NCBI GenBank assembly: GCA_013265495.1
Contig: MU058844.1
Span: 3,539,895-3,603,894 of the forward strand
Origin: Vicugna vicugna
Taxonomy: Eukaryota
Length of the DNA: 64,000 nt
Direction of reading: 5' to 3'
The first letter of the stretch is position 1. Each line of letters begins with the position of its first letter. The translations under genes and the position numbers were made by a program. The notes beneath the pieces were generated by a model. That model was not told where the DNA came from and ran no database searches. It was given only the letters and a program-made list of their open reading frames with translations. Of the stretch, positions 34,637 through 49,039 are shown one piece after another.

Positions 34637-37600
34637 CCATTTTCCAATCATTTTAATTTATGCATTTCTTCTTTTCCTTAAAAATCTAGCCTAGCATTCT
34701 ACGAACCTTCCTATAAAGCAACCACAGGACATTTTTAACGGACTTAAGTCAGTCCTTATCACTGCCTTTGATGTACAGTCCAGTCTGTCCCTGAATAGCT
34801 CCCAGCTTTGGTAGTGGTCATTCTGTTTTCTCACTAGTTGACTCAAAATCTGTAATTACCTCTAGGTCCAAAGGAGAGGATTAACAGACCTTATCCTAAT
34901 TGCTTATTTTTGTAGAGTTGTTAAAAAAGATTTGGGCTCCAGAAACTGAGGGTGTAGCCAGACAGAAGGCAGCCTGGAGTTCAAAAGTCTTGTAATCTTT
35001 GGCTCCACAGGCCTATAAAATTGAAGTGTTGACTGAACGCAAACAGCCTGCAGTCTGAGAGGCCCAGGCCCAAGGAAGGACGAGGTCACCATGGGTCATC
35101 TGAAGAGGCGGGCAGGCGAGGGGGGGGGGCGGTGGTTCATAACAGTTCTGGACTGACCTATGAATGGACGGCTCCATTTGATCTCCTCTTCCTCGTGGAT
35201 GCTGGAGCTCTCTGCCACACAACAAAGCTTCTCTTAGTTCCCGTGTTCCTGGAATTTAAGAATAAATGAGGTCTCTTGCAAAGGCCTGGCATGAGAGGAG
35301 TAAATTGGAAATATTAAGGGATGTTGGTGCAGTAATAATGCACTTTTGTTTCCTGGTGCTACTCGAGGTAATGATTATAGGCTTGTAATTTGTGAGCAAG
35401 AAGATTAAGTTCAGTATTAAAATGTTATTACAGGCAAGTAGGAGCAGGGGGCTCTTTTGGGAAAATGCGGGAGATCAGTCACCTTCTCACCTCAGAGTAT
35501 TAAAGGTTACCGGAGGTGATAAGATTTAACAAGTATGGAAAGTTTTGCAGGGTGAGAAAACTGTGGCTGGAAGCTCTTTCAAGTGACTTTCTTAACAACA
35601 AATCTTGCTTTCTCACTCTCCATGGGGTTCTTAGGAAATCCCTGGGTATCTTTACAAAGGAAATTTTTAGTTTTAAAGCATAAACTAAATGTTATACCTG
35701 ATTGATTTGTGGAATAAAAGATATATTATTTAAGAAGATGTAATACAATACCGTATTAAAGCTGGTTATAAAAAAAAGTTAAAAGAACAATGGAGACAAT
35801 TTTTTTTTAAACTAGGCAGAAATCATAAAGGAACAATCGATGGTTATACCTCTGTTTCCTTTTCTTTCTAAGCTTCACTTTTTGTCAGCAAGATAATTTT
35901 CAATGATTTTAGCAGAAATCTATTTTAAGTAACTTTGAAAAAAGTATAAATGAAAATAAATAATTTAAGGTGTTTCCAATAAATCTGTTTTTTCCCCTTC
36001 CTCCTCTTCAGAGGAAGAATCTGTTTTAGAAAATCTTTGTTTTATATTATTTTCATATTTTGCTTAAAAATAGGTACATTCTACTTAGTATTTGGACTTC
36101 AATGAAGTCTGGAGATTTCCTAAAATTATGTCTATATTACCAACCCCTATACATTATTACATTTAAGTTTCTCTTAAGAAAAAAACAGAGTTTTATACCT
36201 AAGAGCATATTTCTTACAACTTGAACTCATTTGTGATCTTTTAAAACGAAAAAACTAAAATAATTTAAGGTACAAATTTATGAAGAGAGAGATCCTTTTT
36301 AGGGAGCTTTGATTATTCCCATCTTTTACCCCTAGAAACAAGCACTTCTGAATCTGTTATATTCTAGACAGCACTGTCTCTTTGACGATGTGTCTTGCAT
36401 TGGCAAGATTCTTACTTCCTGAACCCTGGAAAATTTTTTCAACACCTATCGAAAGTCTCAGAAAGTAATTCCTGCCCTTATCCATTTAGAAGGAACCTCT
36501 TAATTCTAAATGGAATGACTGACTAATCTGCAAAAGAATTATGTCAATTCTGCATATTTTGGACCCAAGTCTCTAACAGCAGCTCTTTCTCCAACCCCAG
36601 GACATTGGTCCTACAGGTAGTCAGAGAAAGTGGTTGGATGAAACGTGTGACTTGTGTGGCAGGATTCAGGACTTAACTCACGTGGCAATTTGGGTGTACA
36701 GAGAAACACAGCTGATTTACTATGTCTATAGCCTGTCCCCTTCTAAAGCTCCCACCTGCCGGTTTGTGACAAACCTTAGTTAAATTTCCAGTATGTTTTA
36801 AAATTAGTTCAATCTGACAATTTAAAGGACCCCTTTAGGTTATATGCAGTCTCTCATATAAATAAAAATATTCAGTGTCAGAGTTTCTATTTCCTCTTGC
36901 CCTGTTTCTAACATTGACTGGCTGTGAGAGGAAAGGTAAGTGTTGCTCAAACTTGTGCAGCCCTGAGACGAAGATTTGGAGGTATTTACTGTGTGATGTC
37001 TTCTGAGCTCCAAGGTCATGGCCGTTGATTGCTGAATTCTCTCCTGGCTCTCAGAGCTGAGATCTGCAGCATATGAAACTATGGGCTGTTCTTTTGGCTC
37101 AGGAAATGCTACCAGCATGGACTCAGGCTGTTTTGTGTCAACCACCCAGTCTCTAGCAGTTCCTCCACCTGGCTTTCTGTTCTGGGGGTCCTCCTCAGCT
37201 GTGGAATCCTTATGCTTTGCCATGGTGGGCTCCATGGCATCTTGAATTTCACTCTGGATCCAAGCAACAGGGAAATGCAGGTGGCTTGGGAACGCTAAAT
37301 CTCAAGGCTTTTCTACCTACCCACACTGCTAAGGTTTCTCTGAGTGGCTGAGCTGCAGATTGGATGCTCTACTAAGTGGTCTCCTTTCAGAGTCTAAATT
37401 GGGGGTAGCTGATCTCATTGGTGACATATTATCTCCTTTCCTGGTGGAAGCCAAAATGCAAAAAATTGAAGTGTCATGATTACTTTTTTCTTCTCTTCTC
37501 TCTGTTTTTCACCAATCTTATGTCCAGAAAAGGACAAACTTTCTTTTACTCCCTTTAAGATGTACCCTCTGTTGGCTATAGAAATGGCTTAGCAGTGAGA

Positions 37601-37983
37601 GGATAGGCAATCCTTCCATATAATGGTAGAACTCTGTGCTCTAAATCCTCCAGATTCAATTCTTGGTATCCTAAAGGAAACATTAAAGTGATCTGGAAAA
37701 TCTCTCCATGCAGTATGTCTGGCGAGGCTGTTGTCTTAGCACATTATCCTATTTTGCATCTCAGAAACTACTTATAACTTTCCTACACCCTGAATTTGCT
37801 CTGCAAAAAATACCTATGTTTAACTTGCATGAACAGTATCCCAGTCAGCGGCGACCTCACTATGAGGAGCTGGGGAAATGAGCTGAGATATGTTGGGTCT
37901 GTTCTTTTTTTCTGTGACCCATGGCTTCAGCAATATTCTTGATATTTTGCTAATTAAAATGGAAACTAAATGTGTCCTTATTA

Positions 37984-38056
37984 TGTGTGTGTGTGTGTAT
38001 GTATGTGTATGTGTGTGTGTGTATATATACATATACATATATATACACATACATAT
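37984..38056. repeat. Compound (TG)/(TA)/(CA) microsatellite
   Basis: Seen directly. Confidence 0.9.
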
Positions 38057-38079
38057 ACTCTCTTTTGGCCAAAATATAG

Positions 38080-38366
38080 CCTGCTCAAATGTTCACCATC
38101 TATTTTACCTCCCTCTTCATTAATCGCTATTACCTTATCCTTCTTTATCTTTATAGCACTTAGTCTTAGTGAAAGTATGTATTTTCACTTGCTCGCCTGC
38201 TTATTTTCTGTTTCTCTCACTATGATATAAACTTGAAAAGAGGAAGGTTTTATCTGTTTTGTTCAGCATCGTATTCCAATGCCTTAAACAGGATATGCTC
38301 ATATTAGGGACTCAATAAATATATGCTGAATAAATGAATTTATAAATAAACGCATGAATGAATAAA
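38080..38366 (+). mobile_element. L2 3' end
   Basis: tatctgttttgttcagcatcgtattcc...ctcaataaatatatgctgaataaatgaat. Confidence 0.8.
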
Positions 38367-40792
38367 TCTATATCCAGACTCTCCAGTCAGATGACTTTTG
38401 CTTTTCCTTCCAGGTTTAAGGTCTCTCCATAGGCTTATTAACAACGGCTGATTGTCAATGATATTACTCTAGATGATTAAATGGTCATATTCATTGAGCT
38501 TAATTCTTTATTTCAAATGTTTTTGAGCCTGAAAAGCTCATTAGCCTGTTCTCTGGGATTGGAGAAGTGGTATCCTGTTTGTGGAATCAATGGAAGATAA
38601 ATTTATGCAACATTCAACAAATGCTATAAGCTCTTAATAACACCCTATTCATTTATTCATCACTATATTTTGGTGCCCAACACCACTGCTGGACACACAG
38701 TAAGCATTCATTCATGTTTATTGAATTGGTTCAGTATAGAAAGTGAGTTCAAAACTTCCAGTTGTGCTTCAAGTCTTCGCATAAATTATCCAAAGTCACT
38801 AAACCCCAGATAAAAGTATACTGTTCATGGTATGTTTACTCTAAAAAACAAAGATTATATATTCTAGTCTGCTTTACTTTGTCTTAATTTAGGTCCTGTT
38901 GTTGAGGCACTTCGTAGCCAGCTAGAAAAAGCCATTGTCAGTAAGTTTCTTACCATTGACACTTCAGTTTAAACTGTGTTTCGTTCCAACGTGCTAGCTG
39001 GTTTTAGAGCAGCAGAACAGAATTAGTCACAAATCAGTCAGGAAGCCCTTGTTACGGTGGTTGAGGATTGGCACACTCACTTGTTGACTGCATGGGATGA
39101 CTGATGACTTCAACCTCCTACGCTTGAAGGGGTTGACCACAAGAACTGTCCAGCTATCCAGGAGTAAGTTGTTCCAGGCCTGTTTCTACAATGAACACAA
39201 GTGTCCTCTGCTTTCTCCTGATCATGGCTGTGAGTCATCTCAGCTGCATTCCCCTAGCCATTTGGCTCTCTTGGAAAGGCCTCACCTGTGTTTAGGGCCT
39301 GGGCCTGGGGAACTGAGATCTGGCCAAATCACCATGGCCACATGACTGCTGGCATATTCCGGCATTTCTCCAGCTGTTCAGTGAAGCGGTCCAGCTGAGT
39401 TATCCTAACTCACTGATGATGCCAGTAGTGCAGTTTGGGGAACATTTCAGCCCCATAGATTTAGACATCAGATCGTGCTGTTACTGTCTGCTGATGGTTT
39501 GCTGGCATAAAAGTTACACTAATTTTCCATCAATGTAGTGTGTATATAGTTCATACATAGTAGGCCACTTAAAGCAAAGAGGGGCTGATGGAGAAAAGTC
39601 ACTTTGTTCAATTAAGAAATGTGGATTAAGCACCTATTTGCTATCAACCACTGCACTCAGTAGCCAAGGGGGATACAAGGAGAGCAAAAAATGATTCTTA
39701 CACTCATGAATGTATCTAATATTAGCTATTTTTATATTTGCATATAAATAGTACATATTTTGACACAAGAAGACAATTTGTACTTTTTGTTTGCATGTGA
39801 TATAGGATAAGAGGTTTGCCTTAGACTACAAAGCATTAAGGAAGATTGCTGACTGATGACTTTTTTTGGTCTTTTGGAACATACAGCATCTCCTAACATT
39901 TCTTTTGTTCAAGTACCAGAGCCATTAAATAGAGCACTCAAAATTGCATAATGGAAATGGGTGGGTTTTACTGAAACAAATTAAATAAAACTAAAATATT
40001 AAAACGTGAGTTATTGAATGGGAAGTGTATCTGTTTTTTAAACATTCTTTGACATTTATTTTCTTTGGATCTTTTTTTTTTTGCTTTCTTTCTTAATGTT
40101 GAAAGTTCCCAGAAGAAAATCCTATCTGTGGAGACGTACTTTATTCTTTGCTGAAGCCTGCATGGTTTTCACAGTTCCTTTCCGTGTCCAATGTAATAAG
40201 GATGATATTTTTAACTTCAAACTCTTGATGATTATTTTTATTTCTCAGGAAAATCCTTTTTTCCACCCTTCTATCCTGCTCACCAGCAGAGAGAAAACAG
40301 CACCTTATAAGTCTTCCTTTTCGCCTACGGCGTGTTTCATAATGCCAGTGTGCTTCACTTCGGCTCCGCTTCCAAATTTAATTCATTTGTTAGGCCTATT
40401 TTTACCTTGAGACATGAAATCTGAATGTGTTGCTAAACTATCAGAGAAAGTGCTTTTCTTTGTGCCTTCCATCTAAGGCAATGTGTGCTTTCCTAATGGT
40501 ATTATTTATAGCTGTGGGCTGTGACAACGAAGCACAGACCGGCTGCCTACATCCCATGTCACACTTTTTTTTTTTGGTTGGAGTAGTTAGTCATTAGTAC
40601 TGAATTGTCTGGTCACGAGCAGGGAGAGAGTGAAAATGCAAAATTAAATATACTTCATTTTCACAGTTCTGCTGTGAAATCTGTGGAGGAAATCCCTGAG
40701 AGGTGTAACCTGACCAAAGGGTTGCAGGTATATGGTGTTACTCAGCATCTCTTGCCTCATCCCTTCTGCCCTGGAAGTCTGTGTTTGTGACT

Positions 40793-41150
40793 GTATTAGT
40801 TAGGATAGGCTAGTTTATGCTGCAGTAACAAACAACCTTCCCCTCCCCCTTTCCAAATCTCAGTGATTAATCCTCTACACCATGTCCTTTTGTATTGGCT
40901 GTTGCTCCATTTCCTGTCATTGGATGGAGCAACCTTTATCTGGAACACTTGGTCCTCCTAGCCAAAGGAAAAGAAACATGGTGGACCACTTGCCGGATCG
41001 GAAAGCCTCTGTGTGACATACCTCATTTCTATTTACATTTCACTGGCTAAAGCAAGTCACATGATCACTTCTGAGTTTGTCAGAGCAGTATATATATATA
41101 TTCCTCCTTCAGGGAGGAGTACCAGGATATTTGGTGAACAAACTACCATA
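40793..41150 (-). mobile_element. MaLR LTR (MLT1I/J-like)
   Basis: tgtattagttaggataggctagtttatgctgcagtaacaaacaacc; catttcactggctaaagcaagtcacatg. Confidence 0.8.
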
Positions 41151-41734
41151 GTGGGGATTTATTTACCTTCATTTGACAATAGTCAACAGAAAGTAAAAAA
41201 TTTTCAGACAGGGACTGAATCTGGTGACTGAATTTGGCAAAGAACTAGTATCTTTTCTTTTTCTTTAATTTTTATTTTTTGGGGGGAATTAGAAATGAGG
41301 TAGAAGGCCTCATTGTTTTGAACATTAAGCCCTTGAAGGCCAATTTCTAGTGTATTTACATACACGTTTTATCTGTATTCATTATAACTTCAGGGTGTCC
41401 AGAGTTTTCATGACTATTATTTTGTCCTTGCTTATGTATTCAGACTCATCTCTCACCACACTCTTGCCTCTGCCTCTAGGCTCTGGCTGCAATGAACTAT
41501 TTTCTATTCTAGGACTTCCCTTGGTACACCTTTTAGTTTTGCCTTGTTTGGCCAACTCCTCCCATCCATTAGAACTTAAAGTCAATATCACTTTTCCTAG
41601 CCTTAGTCAGGTCCACTATGTTCTAAAAGAAGGCTGTCCATGTTTATCTTTACCATAACATTAATCCCATGGAAATATTGTTTATCAGTTTTTCACATTG
41701 TATACAGTTCATCATTGCCCTGGGAGGCCCACAA

Positions 41735-42245
41735 CTGAATCTGATTTTGCATCACTCTCCTCCACTGACCCTGATGTTCCAGCTACACTGGCCCTCTTTG
41801 TTTCCTATAAATAAACCCAATTTGACTACATCTTAGTACCCTCCCACTATCCATTCCTGCTGCCTGTTCTCTCTTGTCTTCAGAACACTGGCCCTTTTTT
41901 TCATTCTGGTCTTAGCTTAAGTATCAGTCCCTGAGAGATGCCTTTCTTGAATCCTCAGTCTAAAGGAGCCACCCAGACTCTGGCTATCATATCACCCTGT
42001 CTTTGCATAGCCCTTAACACCACCTAGACTCTGGCTGTCATATCACCCTGTCTTTGCATAGCCCTTATCACCACCAAGTACCTTCTTATTCATTCATTTG
42101 TTTATTATCTGCCTCCTTCTATTAGAATATAAGCCTCAAGAGAGCAGAATCTTTCTGTTCTGGTTACTTCTGTCTTACTAAGGACAGTGTTAGTTATTAT
42201 TACTGTTAAGTAGTCAATAAATAGCTGTTGATTTTTGAATGAGTT
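41735..42245 (+). mobile_element. L2a 3' fragment containing a 51-bp tandem duplication
   Basis: tgttccagctacactggccctc...ttagaatataagcctcaagagagcagaatc...agtagtcaataaatagctgttga. Confidence 0.85.
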
Positions 42246-42824
42246 CATGACATTATAGTAGTTTTTCAAAATCAAGGTTAACGCTTTCATTGTTGTAAGC
42301 ATTCAATAAATATTTATTCTTAAATACACCAGTGAAATTCTAGAGGTTCTTCAAAATCCATGTGAAATCTTATCTTCTGTTGAAAATTTTCACCCATACT
42401 ATCAATCTTTCATAGCACTTCTTAACATTTTTTAATCTAGTCATAATATCTTCTCATAGTATTTCTATTGATTTCTATATGCCTCTGACAATGACAGTGT
42501 CTTTTACTTTAACTCTCCCTTTGACACTTAGCAAAAGTTTGGAAAAATATATTTTGGGGTAGATTTTTATTCTATTGGTGGATTGTGTCAGAAAGACTTT
42601 GTCAGGCAAAGTATTACTGTCATAGATTACTCATATCAAAAATGAATTTACCAAGTCAAAGACTCCTACAAAGATCTTGAATCACTCAGACCAAATTTTC
42701 ATGCCCTTCTATGACAGCCTGGAGAGTTAATTTCCATGACTCTATGGAAATTGCTTGAGATAGACTGAAGAAAACTTTTCCATAGTTGGATTCAAGCCTA
42801 ATTTCTTACTCTTGCAAATGAAAC

Positions 42825-43055
42825 ATGCATCAGATTATGGTTTTAACACGTTTCCACTTCACTAACAAGGTATATAGCCTTATACAAGTTAGTGACTTCT
42901 CTGTGTCTTGGTTTCTTCATCTCGAGGTAGGAGATGATAATAATATTTACCTCTCAGAGTTAAGAGGATTCAATATGTTAATATATGTAAGTACTTAGAA
43001 TATTGTCAGGAAAAGAGCGAGGTGCTACACATCTGTTAGCTATCATCATCATTAT
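42825..43055 (+). mobile_element. MIR SINE
   Basis: caagttagtgacttctctgtgtcttggtttcttcatctc...gatgataataatatttacctc. Confidence 0.8.
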
Positions 43056-45789
43056 TTCTAACAATCTAAGTTAAAATCAATGGTGAACTTTTAAGAGATG
43101 TTTAAAATTTAAGTTTTTAACTAGCAAACAAAAACAATAAGACAAACTTTAAAGAGTAATAGGTTGGTCCAACTTTCAAGGCTCTTGTTACATATTTTAA
43201 CTGGTTGTGACATAGTCATGTAAAAAGATCCTTCCTTGATGTGGTAAATTCATCCTTTCTGGTATGGAGATCAATATGTGGGGACATCAAAAGTAAGAAA
43301 TACAGGATTGTTTTGGAAGAGATTTTCAAGAATTTATCTTGTCAAGGGAAAGCACTAACATGATTAAGCTCAAAGAGATAGCAGTATTAAGCTATATTTT
43401 AGTAATATCCTATCTCCCCGTTTTGATCCCACTGCTTTGACTATTCATATGTGTTAACCTGTCTCAAACTTTCTTTGTATGTTTGTTTTTTTTGGTCTCC
43501 CTTTTCCTTATTCTCTTTTGCCTTTGCCAGTCATCTATTCTCTTTCTTCCATTCACCCATCCTCTCTCCCTTCCTTGACTTCTTTCTCTTTTCTTTTCTC
43601 AATTAAATTGTTTATAAATTTTTTATGGATTGAGAAATAATGGGAATATTTGCGTTAAACATTACTCATAAATAATCTCTATGGAATAAAACTGACACTG
43701 TCTTAAAGTGCACATGGTAAAATTTGTTATTGATTAAAAATTAAAGGAAGAATAAGATCTTCTTAACAATGTTTAGATCTACAAATTCTAACCCAAGAAT
43801 ATTGAACTTGGTAGGTAAAATGACTACAAAGGAAAACTCACAAAGAAAGAAAAAAATCATTAAAAATTAATATGACAAAAAACTTGATGAATTAAATTAT
43901 TTTATAATTTAGATGGAAAACAAATAATGCCAATAAATTAACCTCAGTTAAATAAAGAAGAAAATTGAAAAAATATTAAAAATGGTTACAGGACTACCTT
44001 GAACAAGGAATAATTTGGCTTAGTGGTATTTGCTTTGGGAACTAATTTCCTGATGAAAATTTGATCAACATTGACCTAATCTGATCAAAATGTTTGTACT
44101 ATAAACAGTCTCAGGGTCAAAATTTCTTCAGAGGCAAAAACAGCTGGGTCAAAATGGTGGGGTTGAACTATAACTACTATTTTGTAATCTGATTTTTATA
44201 TAACAATCTACTTTGTAGAACTTTCCATGTCATTGAATATTTGTCTGTAATATTTCAATGACTACATATTCCATTTTGTGAAAATGTAATAGTTTACTTA
44301 ACTAGTCTTCTATTACTAGACTGTTTTAAACTTTCTGTTATTACCAGTTTGTGAACAGTATCTTTATAGATAGGTGGCACACTTTCTAGAAGAGGAACAT
44401 TTCTTGAATCTTTCTATTTCTGTATGGATTTCAGAAATAGATATTGTCTGGAAAACTGCTGTGAAGGAAAAGAGACTCTATATCTTTCTGTTTCCTTCAT
44501 CCAAGTTCTGGTTATTTGGCATTGACTATTTATTAAATAAGAGCCTTTTGGATTTAATTACAACTTTTTAACTTCCAATGTTGTCTGAAACTGTGACAAA
44601 ATATGAGATAGCATCTGATCTTGGCTTTTAAAGTAAGCAAACCCAAAATACCTCAACTCAAATAGCTCAAAAACAGCAAGAAAGGATGGAAATGTCATAT
44701 AGGAGCTGCTAGGATTTGATCCGTTGCAATTTATTTGACTTATGCTTATTCCAATGCTATTTATAGTCAAAGGTAAATATAATTTTAGGTCTCTTTTTGA
44801 AACCACAAGCAGAACCAAAAGTGGTTTCTGTAAAAGGCCAGAAGAAACAGATTGGGGACAAACTAATTTCATACTCATTGGCTAGCAAAGTAAATACAAT
44901 TCATGAACAGTCATTGAATGAATGAATAAGTAAATTAGTGAAAACTGAACGTTAATTTCATATCTTATGACAAGCAAGATATCTACAAAGTCTATCACCC
45001 AGCACCTAATATTGCAAGTTCAGATTTTCAACATGAATTCTTGCCAGATGAATGAAGAAATAAATCCACACGTTTGTTTCCTTGGACATCACTGACTATT
45101 TAAAAACATCTGAGACCAATGTGATCACATTGTAGCGCTGGTTACACCAAGTAGCCAATGGCATGGACTTGGGCTTATGGTGACATTGTGTGACTGGTGA
45201 TGAATACTTTGAGGAAGTTAGTTTACCTAGCAGAAATAACCACAGAGTATAAAACATCTACAAGGTGCCAGGCACACTCCCTTTCTGTAGATGAAGAAAC
45301 AGAGGCTGAGAAAGTTAAAAACAAACAGACAAAAGGAACAAAAACTCTTTCAAGGCTGCACAGGCAAGAGATTTAGCTGAGATATTTACCTACTTCTTTA
45401 TGATCCCAAAGGCTGTGAGCTCGACTACACCCATTGACTCTCTTAAATTTATAATCCAGTATTTCTTAAAATCACTAATAATCCCAGTACCCAGAGACAG
45501 TAGCTGGTATTTTATAGAATTTTAGGAATCCTTTCCTTATTTTCAGTAAAAGATATTTGGTATTACACTTTCCATTCTGTATTGTGGTTTCCTTTATTTA
45601 ATTTTTTTTTCTTTTTCTTTCCATGATTTATTTGAACATTTCCTCATGATATTAAGTATCCTTTACCATACACCTTAGTGGCAACTTCCCCTACCAGAAA
45701 CCCAAGGAAATTATAAAATCTTTGAGGGGAGACATTTTAAAAAAGATACATTAACCACAGTGTTGAGGGTAATACTGGACATAAAGGAG

Positions 45790-46025
45790 ATAATAATAAC
45801 TATTATAGCTAAATAATATAGTGTTGATTTTGTGCCAGGCATTGGTCTAATTATAATATGGATTAGTTTACTTAGTTTTTATTAAAAAAATCCACGTGGC
45901 AACATTATCAGTATCCCATCTTCCCTATGAGAAAAGTGTCCAGGTCACTTAAGGTCAGTAAGTTGTGGAGGCAGGTTAAACCCGGTCAGTCTGGTTCTGG
46001 AATCCATGGTTCTAACCACTATGCT
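45790..46025 (-). mobile_element. MIR SINE
   Basis: tgtgccaggcattggtctaa...cagtctggttctggaatccatggttctaaccactatg. Confidence 0.75.
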
Positions 46026-46914
46026 CATCTACCTAAAATAGATCTGCAATGAGTAATTGTCAGCTCTAGGAAATGGGAGTAAAGGTAATTGTGGGTATGC
46101 TTTGACATTCTCATGTGTAAAAAGCCTATGTTCATCCCCATTGCTGAACTGCCTGAATTCTAGATTCCTCTGCTAGGACTTTTAATTTAAAAAACCATCC
46201 TTATTTCTCCCAATTTCTCTTTGAACTTCTGATCTGGTGAGACTGGGATGCATGACTACACCATATCCATCCCCAGTTTTTAAAACTTGACTCTATCCAA
46301 ATTTTCTCTACCACTGAAGACAGTTTACTTCCTGGGTTCTCCACAAAACATTCCCTGTGTCCTTCAGGCTTGGTTTCCTGTCTCTTCTTTGGACTCTTTT
46401 GGTCTTTTTGTCTTATTTCTCTTCATATTCCTTAATGTTCCACAAAAAAGCACTTGATTCATAGTAGGCAGGAAATTAATATTGCTTTGCTGAGTGAGGA
46501 AACGCCCAAGTGAGTAAGTGAGACTTACACTCTTCTGCAACTGATTGCATCTGCTGTAGTCTTACCTCTGTAAATAGACTATAAGCTCTTGGCAACGCAG
46601 GATCAATGTTGACCATTTCTCCATCCCCCTAGCGCCTGATATAATCTGAATCAGCACAAGATCCTTACCCAATACGGTGTTATTGTGACTCAGCATGGAG
46701 TCCATAAATGGTGAAGATGGTGACCTCTTTTTCTTTTTTGACTGTATCACTTTGCTGAATTGGTTTTAGAGAATAAGACTTATTTATTTTACTCTTTTAT
46801 TAGATGCACTTACTTTCTTATTTATTTGTGTTTTCTATTAGTTTGTTAAGAATATTAAATGAATGAATCATTTTCAGGGTTAACAAATTGAATTAAAATT
46901 AAAAAATATTTTTT

Positions 46915-48270
46915 AACTGTTGCTGGTGAATAGAAATGCAATTAACTTTTGTGTTTTAACTTTATATTTAGCAACTATTCTAACCTCATGTATTGATTTT
47001 ATTAATTTAACTATAGATTCTTTCAGATTTCCTATTCATGTAGTCATACTGTCTGACAATAATGACAGCTACGTTTCTTCCTTTTCATTCTTAAAGCTTC
47101 TATTAATTTTTATTGGCTTATTTTATTGGCTAGGATATTTAATTTAATATTGAATAAAAGTGGTGATAGGAGGCATCATTGTCTTGTGCCTTGTCTCAAA
47201 GAGAAAGTTTTTGTATTGCACCATGAAGTGGGAATTCTTGAATCCTTGGTTTGGTGTTTTCGGCCATTAGCCTTTAAATATTGCTTCCGTCTCATCTGGT
47301 CTTTATCTTTTTCATGAATCCTGCTGTATGTTAGAGTTTATTACTGTTATCAGTTCTGTCTCTTTCCATCCTTTTATGTCTCATTTTATTCTGAATATTT
47401 CTTTTGATCTAGCCCTAATTTCACAAATTTCCTCTTAATCTCACCTAATCTGTTGTTAAATGCATCCACTGCATTCCCAAATTCAGTTGTGTTTTTCAAT
47501 GAATTTATAAAGCTTCTATGTGGCTCTTTGTTAATACTTTACAGTTCTCTGCCAAAATCCTCAATCTTGTCTTTTGTCTCCATCAACATTATAAATAGTA
47601 AATGCTGTATTTTAAACTCTGTGTCTGATTAAGTCCAATACCTTGAAGTACCTGTTGCTTGATTTCTATTGTCTGTTTTTTCTGGTGCTTTTAATTTATG
47701 TGGTTTTATTTCTCTTGTGCCTGGTTATTTTTGTTTTATTTAGGATATTGTGCAGAATTGTTTAGAGAAATAATCTGAGGTCTAGGATAATCTTACCTTT
47801 CTCTAAAGAGAATTAACATTTGCTCTGCCAAGTTTCTGACTGTGTTTGCAATATGGCAAGTTTTAGGTGTGGAAATGATGTAAAGGTGTCCTGCAGTTCC
47901 TTAAAGACCTGTTTATTCTGGGTTCATCCTTAAGAAGTATCTTTCAGAGTCTCAACAGAGAGCAAGGAATGTTTACCAGGGCCCTCCTCCTTGGTGGATC
48001 CTGGCCCCAAACTTTGTCCCCCTTGCTCTGGCAGATTGTTAAAAGTACTCCAGCTTAGTTTCTCAGCTTCTCAGCCACTTTATCTGAAATTGGCATAAAT
48101 CCCCAGGGGAAAAGTGGCCCCAAATGCAGAAATTTTCTTTCTGGGATTCTGCCTTTTCTTGCATCTTTATACATTTTCAGTGCTATGTTGGCTTTTCAAT
48201 GCCTTCAAGTAGAAATATTTATATCATAGGACTTGTCCTCATTATGTAGTCTGCTATTACTGAAATCAGA
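46915..48270 (-). mobile_element. Old L1 fragments (ORF2 piece ~46915-47225; more 5' piece ~47270-48270)
   Basis: ttgctggtgaatagaaatgcaattaactttt...tgaataaaagtggtgataggaggcatcattgtcttgt is homologous to the antisense RT region of the young L1; the second block resembles an old L1 5' region. Confidence 0.7.
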
Positions 48271-49039
48271 ATGTCTCTGTGTTCTTGACTTTTCATTTTA
48301 GATTTTTTTGTGCTCCACTCTCTATACCGTTTAAGGGAATGAATCTCTTGAAATTGACTGTATAGTCCTGCTTTTTTTAAAAAAAAATCACTGCCATGTG
48401 AGTTGCTTGGATATCTAAAACCCTAGCTACTTAAAGTGAACAGAGTGATGGGGGTTTGTTGTAAAAATGGACTGGACATGTTCACACATACCAAAACACA
48501 GCTGGAAAAAGTTGTAAGACCAGTGTTGAAAATAAGCTGTTAAAAAGAAAAGCATCCTGTCAAATTAGACTTTCCTGTCACAAAAATATTTTATTCCTTT
48601 TCATTACAAAATACTGTTTACCAACATAGGTGTACTGATGTTGGCTTTTCTGCTTAGAAAAAGAAGACTATAATATCATATTTGTATTCCTTAGCAACTC
48701 TAAAATAACACATCATAGCATATTAATAGAAGAAAAATAGCAAATTGATTAAGGGACAAGTTTGAGCTTCACATTTCCTTTGGATTTTTAAAAATAACAG
48801 CCAGTGGAGAAAAAAATATAACATTTTTTGGTAAGTTCCCTTTTAAGGTTTTTATCAGAAATAACTATGGACAGGATTTATGCCAAACAGAAAGGTATCC
48901 TGTTAACTCTGAGACATACAGTAAAAACAAAAATAAATACTAAATGGTGAAAATAATTGTTTCCCTAGGACTAATAATATATTTTTGTTTCCAGTTATAA
49001 ACAATGGATATAGATGAGGCTCTATCAAATCCAGAGTGA

